From: Chiloscyllium plagiosum
Lineage: Eukaryota
Length of the DNA stretch: 64,000 bases
Direction of reading: 5' to 3'
Assembly: GCF_004010195.1 (NCBI RefSeq)
Contig: NC_057731.1
Location: 30,517,314 to 30,581,313 of the forward strand
Numbering within the stretch: position 1 is the stretch's first letter; each line of letters starts with the position of its first letter. Shown here piece after piece: positions 39,810 to 52,600 of this stretch. The notes under the pieces were generated by a model. It did not search any database, was not told the DNA's origin, and saw nothing but the letters and a program-made list of their open reading frames with translations. Made by a program: the position numbers and the translations under genes.

Positions 39810-40705
39810 GAAACTTATAAACAAGAATAGGCTTTTCAACCCTTAAGCCTGTTCTGCCATTCAATGAGATCATGGCTGATTTATGGCCTAACTTCTGATA
39901 CCTGCCTTTGGCCTTTGTCTGCTTAACAAAAGTCAGTCAATCTCAGGTATAAAATTAACAACTAATTCTGCATCCACTGCCATTGTGGAAGGAAATTCCA
40001 AACATCTACCACCCTTTGTATGTGGAAGTGCTTCCTAACATCTCTCCTGAATGGTCTGGCCCTAATTCTCAGACTATGCCCCCTAATTTTAGAAGCCCAA
40101 CCAGTGGAAATAGCTTGTCTTTATTCATCCTGCCTTTTCCTGTTAATATCTTGAAAACTTCAATCAGATGATCCTGGAACCTTCTAACTTCTGGAGAAAG
40201 CAACCTTAATTTGTATAATTTTGCCTCATAACTTAATCTCTGAAGGGCAAGTATCATTGTTTTAAACCTATGTTGTACTCCCTCCAAGAACAGTATATCC
40301 TTCCTAAGGTGTAGTGTTCAGATCTGCTCACAGTACTCTCAAGGAGGTCAAACCAGGGCTCTATAAAACTGCAGTAGAATTTATGCATCCTAGTACTCCA
40401 GTCCTTCAGGTATAAAGACCAGCATTCTATTAGCTTTCTTGATTATTTTCTGCACCTGCTAGTGACATTTCAAGGATCTATATATCTGAACCCCAAGTCA
40501 CTTTGGACATCCACTGTATTTAACTTTATACCACATAGAAAGTACCCTCATCTATCCATTTTTTGGTTTAAAATGGGCAACGTCACCTTTGCTTACATTG
40601 AACTTCATCTGTCGTGGTTTTGCCCATTAATTTAATCTGTCAATATCTGTTTGTAATTTTATGCTATCATCTACACTGTGTACAATACCACCTAACTTTG
40701 TCATG
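39810..40705 (-). mobile_element. CR1 LINE 3' fragment
   Basis: EGVQHRFKTMI..LSYEAKL.KL.L.S.E.RR..DHLIEVFKIL; continues to a KLGG RT motif near 40690. Confidence 0.8.
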
Positions 40706-41480
40706 ATTTGGTGATGCCGGTGTTGGACTGGGTGTACAAAGTTAAAAATCACACAACAGGTTATAGTCCAACAGGTTTAATTGGAAGCACTAGCTTTCGG
40801 AGCGCCGCTCCTTCATCAGGTGATTGTGGAGGACACAATTATAAGACACAGAATTTATAGCAAAAGTTTACATTGTGATGTAACTGAAATTATACATTGA
40901 AAAATACCTTGATTGTTTGTTGAGTCTTTCATCTGTTAGAATGACCATGATAGTTTTACTCCTTTCATATGTAAATCACAAAAGCTTTTTTTAAAAGGTT
41001 ACATTCTCAGGTTAACTGTAACAATTGGTGTCAGCCAGATAATATGTTGAAGGTGTTAGCCCCCTGTGTTCCCTGTCTGTGCCATAATGTTTAGACTGAT
41101 TCTAATCTAAAAAGTGAGATAACAGAGTCTTACATGGATTCTTGCAGTTTTTGAGCAAAGTACAATGTAACTCTGCAAGTACAAATTCACCCCATAAACG
41201 TATATGTATATGTGTGCATGTGGGTCTTTGTGTGTGTGTGAGTGTAAACTGATCTAAGTCTGTCAGAGGATGCATGTGTGAGTGTAGGTGTGTGTGTGTG
41301 TGTGTATATAGTGCAAAGGTAGTCACTTGTAGTGTGACATGAACCCAACGTCCCGGTTGAGGCCCTCCCTATGGGTACGGAACTTAGCTATCAGCCTCTG
41401 CTGATTAGATTAGATTAGAATCAGTTTAAACATTATGGCACAGGCAGGGAACACAGGTGACTAACACCTTCAACACATTA
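40706..41480 (-). mobile_element. Penelope-like element, second family, 3' portion with an inverted segment
   Basis: ORF end QRLIAKFRTHREGLNRDVGFMSHYK* (GIY-YIG-type C-terminus) at ~41400-41323; (CA)n-rich 3' UTR; hammerhead motif 40788-40822. Confidence 0.78.
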
Positions 41481-41504
41481 ATCTTAGCAGAAATTATACA
41501 CTTA

Positions 41505-42240
41505 CTGGTAAGGTCCTCGGGAGTGTTGCTGAACAAAGAGACCTTGGAGTGCAGATTTATAACTCCTTGAAAGTGGAGTCTCAGGTAGATAGGATAGTGA
41601 AGAAAGCGTTTGGTATGCTTTCATTTATTGGTCAGAGTACTGAGTACAGGAGTTGGGAGGTCATGTTGCAGCTGTACAGGACTTAGTTAGGCCACTGTTG
41701 GAATATTGCGTGCAATTCTGATCTCCTTCCTATTGGAAAGGTGTTGTGAAAGTAGAGGGTTCAGAAAAGATTTACAAGGATGTTGCCAGGGTTGGAGGAT
41801 TTGAGCTATACAGATAGGCTGAACAGGCTGGGGCTATTTTCCCTGGAGCATCAGAGGCTGAGGGGTGACCTTATAGAGGTTTACAAAATTATGAGGGGCA
41901 TGGATAGGATAAATAGACAAAGTCTTTTCCCTAGGGTGGGCGAGTCCAGAACTAGCAGGCATAGGTTTAGGGTGAGAGGGAAAGATATAAGAGAGACCTA
42001 AGGGTCAACTTTTTCAGGCAGAGGGTGGTACGTGTATGGAAGGAGTTGCAGAGGAAGTGATGGAGGCTGGTACAATTGCAACATTTAAAAGACATTTGGA
42101 TGCGTATATGAATAGGAAGGGTTTGGAAGGATATGCGCCAGGTGCTGGCAGGTGGGACTAGATTGGGTTGGGACAGCTGGTCGGCATGGATGGGTTGGAC
42201 CAAAGAATCTGATTCCTTGCTGTACATCTCTATGACTCTA
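41505..42240 (+). mobile_element. CR1 LINE 3' fragment
   Basis: MLPGLEDLSYTDRLNRLGLFSLEHQRLRGDLIEVYKIMRGMDR; ctctatgactcta tail. Confidence 0.88.
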
Positions 42241-42944
42241 ATACTCCAAATATCACCAAAATATCCTTCTCCATATGGGTGTATTTACACTCTACATTTG
42301 CCAAAGTCCTGGATGCATCTGCTATTGAGCATTCCTCTCTATTGGGCCACGTATCAGCTAATATTACCCCAAAGCTGTAACAGGGAGACATAGCATGTCA
42401 ATACCAGATCTCACTTTGGATCATAATCTGCCAATATCTTAAAAGATGACAGCTGTTTCTTCATTTCCCACATACCTAATAGTCTGTCAGCATGTCCTTC
42501 AGGGTTAAACAAAAAACACATTCATCTGCCAGTCAAAATTTACCTAGTCAAAAATCCCATTATGGATTTCCCTGGTTCTCAAATTGCTAGGTAAAATTGG
42601 TAGTGTCTCAGAATTAAAGAAGGTTTGGAATCATAATATTCCCTAACTAAATCTGTCAACACTTGAAGAGTTTTAGGATCTAGTGCCGCAGGGAAAGTTA
42701 GGTTCCTAATATCCAAAAAAGCTGCGGTCCACAAGCTGTCAGAAGAGTTGCTCATTGCTTTTGTCTGCCCCAATGGCATTTCACTGGAATAAACAACACA
42801 TTCTTTCCACATACTGGGCCTGGTCTATGATGGCATGGTCAAATGAGTCAAGCTTCCCAAATAATGGCATGATGTCAGAAATGCTTACCCCAACACAAAG
42901 ATGACTGTTGCAAGTGGGTTTCTTCAGGAACATGCTTTTCTCTT

Positions 42945-43135
42945 GTCACCAGTAAAATAACTCCACAGAGGTTAGTATACCATCGCCAAATTACCCTTTA
43001 TTTACATATGGAATGTGCCTGATACTGGTCCAGCTTCCTGTCAGCCTGGGCTCTCTGTTTGGACCTGATTAACAGCCCCAATCAGGGAACTCATATTCTA
43101 TGACATTCACCTGGCCTACCACATAGCAGTCACTC
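42945..43135 (-). mobile_element. Short LTR-like interspersed repeat
   Basis: Distinct ~190-bp unit with a CCAAT box and a minus-strand AATAAA, abutting a LINE-like fragment; family assignment from recollection only. Confidence 0.3.
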
Positions 43136-43625
43136 AAATGCCAATCAAGTGGGCTGATTTGTCCTGAATGCCATCAAGTTCCTTGAACATTGTTGGTACT
43201 GTACTTATTCAGCAAATGAGAAGTCTTCCATCACATTCCTGACTTGTACCGTATAGATAGTGGACAGGCTTTGAGGAGTTGGGAAGTGAGATACTCACTC
43301 TAGTATTCCTAACATTGTAGCCATTACATTTATATGCCCAGTTCAGTGTTTATTAGCTTTTTGGCTTTTCTAATGCCCACAGAGCTGGAAGAGGGAGATC
43401 AATAGTTTCAGAGGTCATTAATTTCCTTTGCAAAAACAGTATTGTTTTGGTTGAATGTTCTTAAAAATTGGCCCTCTGCTTGACTAAGAACATGGATGTC
43501 ACTGATCACATGACATAGGTTGACACAATTTCTGGAAAATTCTGATCAGCACTAACTGAAACAAAAGATTATGCCATCCTCCTGGAATGCCAACTTCTTG
43601 AATTGGACATACATTTCAGCCAAAC

Positions 43626-44185
43626 TGTTATGGACCAGGCCAGACTTCATCAAAAGATTTTAGGAAGGTAGCCCAGGAGCGATGCAACTGGTCAAACCAC
43701 TTGATTTTAAACAAAACGAAATTCATTTGCACATGAACAAAAGAAAGCAGAATTTAAAATAACATAACCACTTGATAACCCAATCAACACGAAAACATAA
43801 TTTAACAAAGAGCTGTTCCAATTACTTGCAACATCCTATTAATACACCCCTTAGCAAAAAGGTAAATTCAAACAGATTCTTACAGGAGCGACATATCAGA
43901 GAGAGAAAGAGAGAAAGCATCAGCCTGGAGCTGCATCTTTGGGTCCCCAGTTAAAACTAACCCAAAACTAGGAAATACCCTGAAGTGGGAGAACTGGACA
44001 CTCCCCTTTCATTGTACCAGTATTTTTTTTAAAACTGAAGGCCTTTTCTGACTGCTGACTTAGGCAGCATCTGTTAGCCATTATTAAAATAACCAGTTCA
44101 GACATTTCAGCACCTCTTCCTTTATAACCCCTATTGAAAAAATACCATGATAGAATAACCTTGTTAAAGGAACAGCATTATCACA
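43626..44185. mobile_element. Probable solo LTR
   Basis: TGTTAT...ATCACA ends (TG..CA), ~560 bp, near-matching 4-bp flanks AAAC/AAAT. Confidence 0.5.
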
Positions 44186-45639
44186 AAATCAATACAAAGG
44201 AATGATTAATAAGATGTTTACCTCTGCCTGTTCTGAACAAAGGAGACCATCAAAACCTATTATTGTTGATTTTGTACTCATGACTCCACAATGATCTGCC
44301 AGAAAATACAATAGGTTTTACCCAGATGTTCAAAATTCACCTCTATAGAAGAGTAGTTGAAACAAAAGTGTCTGAAATCTGTGATATGAATCACTTTTCA
44401 TTTTACAGTTTTTGAGTTATTTTGACAGTCTGCTCATAACACCAGAAGAGTATATAGCTCTAAGCATACCTCTCTGATCTCAATTTCTCCAAGTCTGATT
44501 TCTGGGAAAAAATACCCTGTATTTTGTTGTAAAGTGAACTAACTTCCAGCTAACAAATGCCTCAGCATTAGCAGCAGTTTGACTGCATCTGTCCTCCTGA
44601 AAAAGAGGTTTTTGTACGCAGACAACTGGAAGAACTTCTAATGGATATCGGGTTACTGGACTCATTCATGTAAAATGAGTATGAATATCTTTGAGTTTAA
44701 GTAATTTCCAGTTTGTAACTTCTCTTTTCCTTTCTTTCTTGGGCATGTGTGTGTGAAAGCACCATTTTGCTGTCTTTCGAATGCAATAATAAATCCTACT
44801 TTTGTTTTAGACCTAAAGAATTTTCTGTGGGTCATTTTAAATTTTATCATCCACCATCCTTGCCAGCCTTGCAAACAGCAGACTGTGTTGCAAATGGTTG
44901 CAGCGGTTTGGAAGCTTGAAATGCTTGTGGTGATTCAGACAACTAAAGATCCTGTAGTCTGGTGAGCTAGATTGTAGAACCCCTCCATCTGTTTAATCTA
45001 TGTTAAAGCTTTTAAATGCCAAACCCACTAGGGTGTACTGACAGACTGAGAATGGGAAGAGGGCATCAGAAATTTATAGTTGAAATATGGTTGGAACTGG
45101 TAAGGTTGCATCGAAACATAAATTTGACTTTTAAATCTGGACACCTGGTAATGCAGTTAACTGACACATAGCCGCACAGATCAGTTGAAATATTTGGAAG
45201 GGAACAGGCTGGCCATAGTTGTGAATTTAACTATTCCATTCACCCTGTTCTGCTGGACAGGGTTAAAAATTGCTCCCAAATTCATCATTATAAGTTAAAT
45301 GATCTGTCACTGGCTTAATAATAGGATAGATGATACATTTTTGTGTGTGTGCTGTGGAAGATCAAAAATAAAGGCAACACTTTATTTTGTGAAAATGCTG
45401 AAGTTGATTTGTATTTCAACATATATCAGAACATGGCTGTGATGATGTGATGATGCACAATGCACCCTACTGGTCAGATACTGTACCTCATTCCCAAATC
45501 TGGAGTTTATTTGGTCAAAGAAAAGATTTCTTGAATTTATTTAATGAAAATGTTTTAATAATCTAACAAAGCTGACTAAACGTTATAGAATTAAAAGAAA
45601 TGTTATTTTTTTAAATAGGACACACAAGTTATATATACT

Positions 45640-46040
45640 TTTGCAATTATCCTAAAGTGCTTTATAATGAATTATATACTTCTTGAAGTATGGTCACAGT
45701 GGTAATGTAGTAATGAAAGCAGCAAATTTGCATACAATAAGTTTTCACATAACTCAATATGATAATATGTTTTGCAATATTGATTTAGAAATATAAGTTG
45801 TCCAAGATACTCAGGGACAATTTCTCTATTCTTCATCAAAATAGTGCCATGGGATCTTTTCCGTACTCTGATGGAACATACTGGGCCTCAATTTAACATT
45901 CCCTCTGACAGAAGGGTCAGTCAGCATCTCTATCAGTGCAAACCTTGGTCAATATTGCATTGAGGTAACAGCCTAGATTATTGTACTGAATCACTGGAGT
46001 GAGAACTGAACCCATAACCTTCAGACTCAGAATGGAAAAT
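45640..46040 (-). mobile_element. Deu-domain SINE relic (SacSINE1/AmnSINE1-like)
   Basis: aatagtgccatgggatctttt, gggcctcaatttaacat, cagcctagatt and a tRNA-like head (gaacccataaccttcagactcaga) in minus orientation. Confidence 0.6.
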
Positions 46041-46129
46041 GCTACCAGTTAAGTCAGAACTGATAGATGTTAAGAAAGTGAAAGCCCATTGTAACAATAT
46101 TCAATGCATCCCAAAAATGGTGATAGAGT

Positions 46130-46710
46130 TTCTTTATTCATTTGTGGGATGTGAGCATTGCTGACTGGGACAGCATTCCTAGTTGCCCTTGAAAGCTTCC
46201 TTCTTGAACCACTGCATTACACGTACTGTGGGTTGATCCACAATTCTATTCGGGACAGAATTCCAGGATTTTTACCCAATGACAGTGAAGGAACGATGAT
46301 ATATTTCCAAGTCAGAATGGTTAGTGGTTTGGGGGAGACCTTGAAGGTGGTGATGTCCGTATGTATCTGCTGGCCTTGTCCTTCTCGATGAAAGTGGTCT
46401 TGAGTTTGGAAGGTGATGTCAGAGGATCTTTGGTGAATTTCTGCACTGCATCCTGTACATAGTACAAACTGCTGCTATTGAGTGTTGGTGGTGGAGGGGG
46501 TGAATGCATGTGGACGTGATGCCAATCAAGCGAGCTGCTTTGTCCTGGACAGTGTCAAACTTCTTAAGTGTTATTGGAGCTGCACCTATTCAGGCAAGTG
46601 CATTACACTCCTGACTTGTGCCTTGTAGATGGTGGACAGGCTTTGGAGAGTCAGGAGGTGATTAATTGCCCACTATTCCTAGCATTTCACCCACTCTTGC
46701 AGCCACTGTG
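46130..46710 (-). mobile_element. Non-LTR retroelement 3' fragment (related copies at 30940-31560 and 43140-43330)
   Basis: Shared blocks such as ccaatcaag..ctgctttgtcctgga..tcctgacttgtgccttgtagatggtggacaggcttt. Confidence 0.55.
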
Positions 46711-46869
46711 GGATCTCATAACTCCCAAAAGTAGAAATGCATGTGCTCACCTAGCCATTACCACGTAATCCCAATAGTTATCATATAACTAGCACCAAAT
46801 TAATGACAATTAATCTCAGATGTTTGTGTGAGCAAACCTGGATTCAATAAGTTGTTCTGCAGTGTTAAA

Positions 46870-47910
46870 ATGATGGGGAGAGGAACTGTTACAATATTCA
46901 TGTAAAGCTCAGATTGATAAGAGAGATTCAGTCTGGGTAATCGCAAGCCAAGGTCAATTCTGAGACTGATGTACCAATATCTACATTGTAACAGTGGGTC
47001 AAAGTAGGGGAGAAGCTGAGCTCACTTGTGCACAGCATCAGTGATAATGAAGGATTGGCAAAGAAAAGAGCTAGTGATTCCAATGGAGATTCAATTGTGA
47101 TTAATTGGTTTGTCCAGGAGCAGGCAGAAGGAACTCCCACCTCAAAATGCAGCAGAACCCACCTCAGAACCATTGTGAAGACCCAGGTGCAAAAGTACAG
47201 AATTGACAGACAGAGAACCTGGCTAGTGACGGTTAGCTCAACAGCTTCAAGAGGTGATATGGGATCAACCAGTTCCAGGTCTCTGAGAGATCAGGTCTGG
47301 AGAGAGAGCTGCATCTAACCCAACCATCAGGATTTAAAACCTATCTGGCCGAAGAAGGCTTCACATCAGGGCAAGGGTATAATTCAGATGAGACAAGACT
47401 GTTCTAGAAGATGCTGCCTGATATCACACTGTCTGTCAAGACTGAAGCCAATAGAATTCAGGAATTTAAGTAAGGCAACAGCTAAGTGACATTGTTATAT
47501 GTCACTCATTTAAATGAGCAATAACAAAGCCAAAATGACAGGAGATATGTGAGGACTGGTTCTCTAGGTGATTTGTGCCCTGTGGTAAAAGGCACTGGAG
47601 GTCAGAGGGCACTGGGAAAGCTGTTTTACTTCTAGGCACAGAACTTCCCCTATCCCACAACAAGCTACTGAAGTCTTGAGGACAGATGATGAAAATGTCA
47701 AGACCCATGACATGCAAAGAAAACCAGAATGAAATCCAGGTTTTGGCTCATTGTGAACTTTAAGAAGTGTTACATGAAATGGCTTCTTCCAGGAAAACTA
47801 TTACTGACCACCTGAAGCTTTTCACATTGCTGACACTGTGAGGTAATCAGGGACAGCCAATTCCAATAAAAGTTCTGGATGAAGGAATTATCTGAAACCT
47901 TCCCAGTTCA
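46870..47910 (+). pseudogene. Tigger/pogo-type (CENP-B-like HTH plus DDE_1) transposase fossil
   Basis: ERNCYNIHVKLRLIREIQSG*SQAKV..VPISTL*QWVK..KKRA..INWFVQEQAEGTP; ASDG*LNSFKR*YGI; EEGFTSGQGYNSDETRLF*KMLPDIT (cf. N.DETGLFWK.LP); LDEGII (cf. PLDQGII); many stops. Confidence 0.85.
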
Positions 47911-49649
47911 AGGATGATGAGGTTCAGAATGATGAAGAGGAAAAGTTCCTGGTGTTATAATCCGTGGCGACGATAGTGCTGCAAAGTCCAATCCCAGAAT
48001 GAAACCCTGCTTGATAGTTCGTACATTTAATGTTTACAGTTGGTTCCTCTGATGGTTAGTCATTGAAATGTATTCACTTGAGGCTGGAGATATTCTTTAA
48101 TAACAGAACACAGGTTTAGTATACAAAAAAAGCCATATACATTACACTTATAAAGACTTTAACTCAAACAGTAGAATCAAGTTTCAACTTGCTTCCCAAT
48201 ACTATCCTTTTACAGATACTCAATTCCTGAGAATTTCACTCCTATCTCAATACGTCTAGTGTTTACTTTAGTGGCCCCTCTCAGTTTCTTACCCTTGAAC
48301 TATGCAGACTATGATCTTTTTATTAGGATGATTCAACCCATTCTTTCTGTCTCCATAGGCTATTATTTAGGGAGTCCAGTGCTGAGTTTGGCATATAATG
48401 TCGATGATTTAGCCAAGATTAGGTATACACTTTGTGAAGAATCAAAGATAAACTGGGGCCCAAATGCTACATCACATAATATGATAACAGGACAAGGTCC
48501 TGTATCATTGCATTGCACCATGTGGTTTGTTTCTTAATTCGACATTCATTTATCCGCATCTACTGTTCAGGACTATTTACTTTATAATTGTTCATTAAAA
48601 AATGTGAGCAATTTTATATTTTATGATATGTTGGCAATTCCTATGACCGCAATCAGAATAGATTTGAAATATGTATTGCTTAAAATAGTTGCTAAAATAC
48701 TTCCATGTAACTTTGTAACCTAATTCCATTATCTGGTTATTATAACAACCTCTCATGCAATGATGTGTATTGTGTACAATCCTAAAATGAGTACAAATAC
48801 ATGTATAAAGTAAAGGTTAGTACACTGGCTGACACTTCGAACAAAGTGAACTGAACTCCAATATCAAATCTCAACCCACATTTGTAATCGATTTTGCCCA
48901 GATGGACAGAGTTAGATTGTTATCGACAAGACTGGCTGAGGCTATCGTACTCATATTGGCATCATTTACAGAATAGGCAAATACTTAAAAGTATTATGTT
49001 TGTTGCAACTACTAGAAATCAAGAAGTCACCAGATATAATAATGAAGAAATATTGGATAATAAAGCATAAAAAGATAGTAAAAAGATAAGGAGTCATTGA
49101 ATGCTTTTAAGACAGAGATAGGTTGATTAGTAAGGGGATCAAGGTTATGGGGAAAAGGCAGGAGAATGGAATTAAGAAACATATCAATCATGATTGAATT
49201 GCAAAGCAGAATTGATGGGCCAAATGGCCTAACTCTGCACCTACATCTTATGGTCTAATGGTTTTATTGTTTAAAACAGTAGTAATAAATGGCATCTTTC
49301 AGACTGGAAAGAAGTATATGTGGCGCCCCTCAGGAATTAGGACCAAGACAGTTTTCGATATATATTCATGACTTAGACTTAGGTACACAGAGTATAACTT
49401 CCAAATTTGTTCCAAATTAGAACAGTAGCAAATAGTGAAGAGGGTAGTAATAGAGTTCTCAAGGATATATTCTGGTGAAAAGGCCAGATATTTGGCAAAT
49501 GGAATTGAATGCAATGAGTTGTGATTGATACATTTTTGAAAGAATCATGAGGAAGACTAAGTAATACAATTTTAAAGTGGATGCAAGAGATCTGAACGTT
49601 TACATACAGCAATAAAGTTAATGAGGTTGTCAAGAACAAAGTAGAGGGA

Positions 49650-52600
49650 AAGTTTTTTTGGGGGCTAAGTATCAATTTTCATCAAGTTTATGGAGGGTTT
49701 CTCTCTCTGGGGCCGAATGATGTTTTTCGCATATCAACCCAAACTCAGCTCATCAATGGCCTACTCCAGTCCTCTGGTGCTCACATTCCAATGTCAGCTG
49801 GATGTTCCCACTCACCATAGTCAGAAGAACTCACCACTGGCTGGATATCCTGTAATAGACCTAGAACCTTGGCATCCTTAAAACACTGTTACACACCTGA
49901 ATAACAGCTGGCATTCTGAAATTGCCTTGTATGGTTGCAAACACCCTTAATATGTATGGCCGTTAAAGCTAGATTACACCATCATTTTTTGACAGGCTCC
50001 AGGTGGATGGCTTGGTGGAAAGGGGAGTTATTCTCTTTCACCAGGAGTTCCAGATGTGGCCAGGACACCACACCTTGCCTGCTTGGATTGAGGTTGCTAC
50101 CTGGGTCAGTGCAGTCTGAACTGTTTTGAGGAACCTCCAGTAATGCTGGGATGAAGGAGCTCAATGACCTTCTCTGCTCTGCCTATACGAGTACCACCAT
50201 TTTTCCTCTGCTACTTCACACTCATTCTATCGCTGCAACTGCACCCAACAACACTCATGCCAAACCACTCTCACTGTCCCATGCGGCATCTTCCCTTGCT
50301 CTCACCTACCTCAAGCCCCCAGACTTGCAGCACGGCCCTCTGCACTGCCTACTCACTCACTTAAGTCACTTCATTAGTTTTCCCCCGCTGTACCTGCTTA
50401 TAAAATCATGAGGGACATAGATAAGGTGAAAAGCCAAGATCTTTTCCTAGGGTGGGGGGAGTCCAAAATGAGACAGCATAGGTTTTGGTGTGAGGGGAAA
50501 GATTTAAAAAGGACCTGAGGGATAACTTTCTCATCCAGAGGGTGGTGGGTGTATGGAAACGGCTGCCAGAGGAGGTGGTGCAGACAGGTACAATGACAAC
50601 ATTTGAAAGGCATTTGAATGGGTATATGAATAGGAAGGATTTAAAGGGAGAGGGCCCAAATACTGGGAAATGGGTCTAGTTTAGATTGGGATCTCTGGTT
50701 GACAGAGATGAGTTGGACCGAAGGGTCTGCTTCCATGCTGAATGAAGCTATGACAATCTGACTCTTGTTCCAATGGAAAGCAGACCACTATAACATCAGA
50801 AGAGCCAGAACAGGTGGTGGGCTGCCTAAGATCTATCTCCTCATCAGTTACGAGAAGAGAATCCTGGCACTGGCTGGAGAAGACTGGGACTATGCTTGAG
50901 AAATGCCAAAACATTCACATCCAGCCATAGGAGCCACACTCCTTGCATTGCAAATCTTCCTCACCATCAATATAGTTTTCACCCAGCATAACTCATACCC
51001 CTTGTCATCGTACACAGAGTAGGCAAATAATTAAATGTTTGTTGCAACTGCTGGAGATCTAGTGGGGTGCTTTCTCTCTTTCATATCTTGCAGGTACCAG
51101 CATCATGTCCATAGTCTCAGTGACAAGAGAGTGTCACCACCAAATATCTTTGAGGAAGAAGCCATGAATCCCTCAGGAAATGCGCCATCAAGGCCACCTC
51201 TTGCACTGTCCACCAGATCAGAGACTGATACCTCAGTGGGTATTTTAGCTGGAGTACAGTTGGGAGCACATCACTGCCATTTCTCTGCAGCTGTTCAAGG
51301 AAGAAATACCACAGGTCACTGGTACTTGGAGGACTGCCAGAGACCAGGAATCTGCTCAGCTCTACGCAGGAGGGGAACCCCATGGTGTTGGCCATTTGTG
51401 ACTTCATAAAAATACACATGAAAACACTGGAACAGCTCGCAGGTCTATGGGATCAATGACTGTCGGATCGCAATGGCTGCAGGAATGCAGCAACACCAAG
51501 GGGGCCCTGCTGCTGCTGCTGGCATGACTAGTCCAGCTACCTCTATGGACAGGTAGGCAGCTGCCAAAGAAAGCCAAATCCACCAGTCTGTGAATTTGCT
51601 GGATATCTGAATGGACTGGGATTCCATTGACTTAGTCATGGTCCTTAGCACCAACAACAAAGCAAAAGGGGGAAACAGGCAACTTTCCTGGTATCCCTTC
51701 CTCACACAGGACAGGGCAGTGCCAGTAGACACCCAGCTGGAAGAGGAACCACATACAGCAACACCCCTGCCAGAAGTCTCCTCTGAGGACAGTTCCGAGG
51801 TAGTTGAGCCTTCTACCCACAACCTGCCTGTGAGAGTCCAAGCTGAGGAGGCTGTGCTTGTCTCTGGTAAAGACACAGTCAGCATGGCTAGGCCCACTAG
51901 ATGAAAATGTCCCCATGATTGGCTAATGAAAGCACCAAGGCCAACGAACTGCACTGAGATGTACTGGCGACGAAAGGAAGAAGAAGCCCTTCTGAGGTGT
52001 GCGTGACACTTGATTTTAAATACATTTCTCATGTTTGCAGATATTTGTTCACTTCTGATGATCTTCTATTTGTGTGAGTGCCTGTGCAGCCAAAGATAAA
52101 GCTTGAAGCCTTAACTTCATCCTTAACCCTAGATCGTGCTTTATGGACAAAGGTGTAAAGTCAGCAGCTGCTGCCCTGTGAGTAGGCAGCTGGTGAATCA
52201 GAGGTGCCCACAACCTTGGCAACTTGATTCCATCTTTCCAAGTACATAGAATTGCTACTGCATCACAGACATTAGTGCACTTGTGATTTACAGAACACTG
52301 GAAGTTAATAGAAACCATTCCTTTTGGGACTGAGAATTCCAGGCTCCACATTGCTGTGTGGGTTAACACACAGGTGTCAACAACCTCTTCCTGGTAGCCC
52401 TCTCCATCAACCCCATAGCTCTTGCAACTCCTCAAGTCCTCACCTAACCCCTCCATCTGAATCTACATTGGTCCACTTTTCTACCCGGCATCAGATATAC
52501 GAAGTAAACAAGCTAAGTTTTATAGTTTACTGTCCTCCATTGGAAACCAGGACACTGCTGATGTAGCAATGTACAATACAGCAACATGTTCATCCTCTTG

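Larger units (their letters stand above)
37400..39810 (+). mobile_element. Old CR1 ORF2 relic (37400-37980 continuing at ~39490-39810) interrupted by younger insertions
   Basis: KMFYRYI, H..ILK...IAEAL and VP.D-like words on the left continue as GDRT.PG.Y..-like and LLDFFE-like words on the right; very degenerate. Confidence 0.45.

Noticed and set aside
51445-52032. 195-aa minus-strand ORF as a novel gene
   Set aside because: Antisense to the degenerate Harbinger Myb-gene C-terminal region; no recognisable domain
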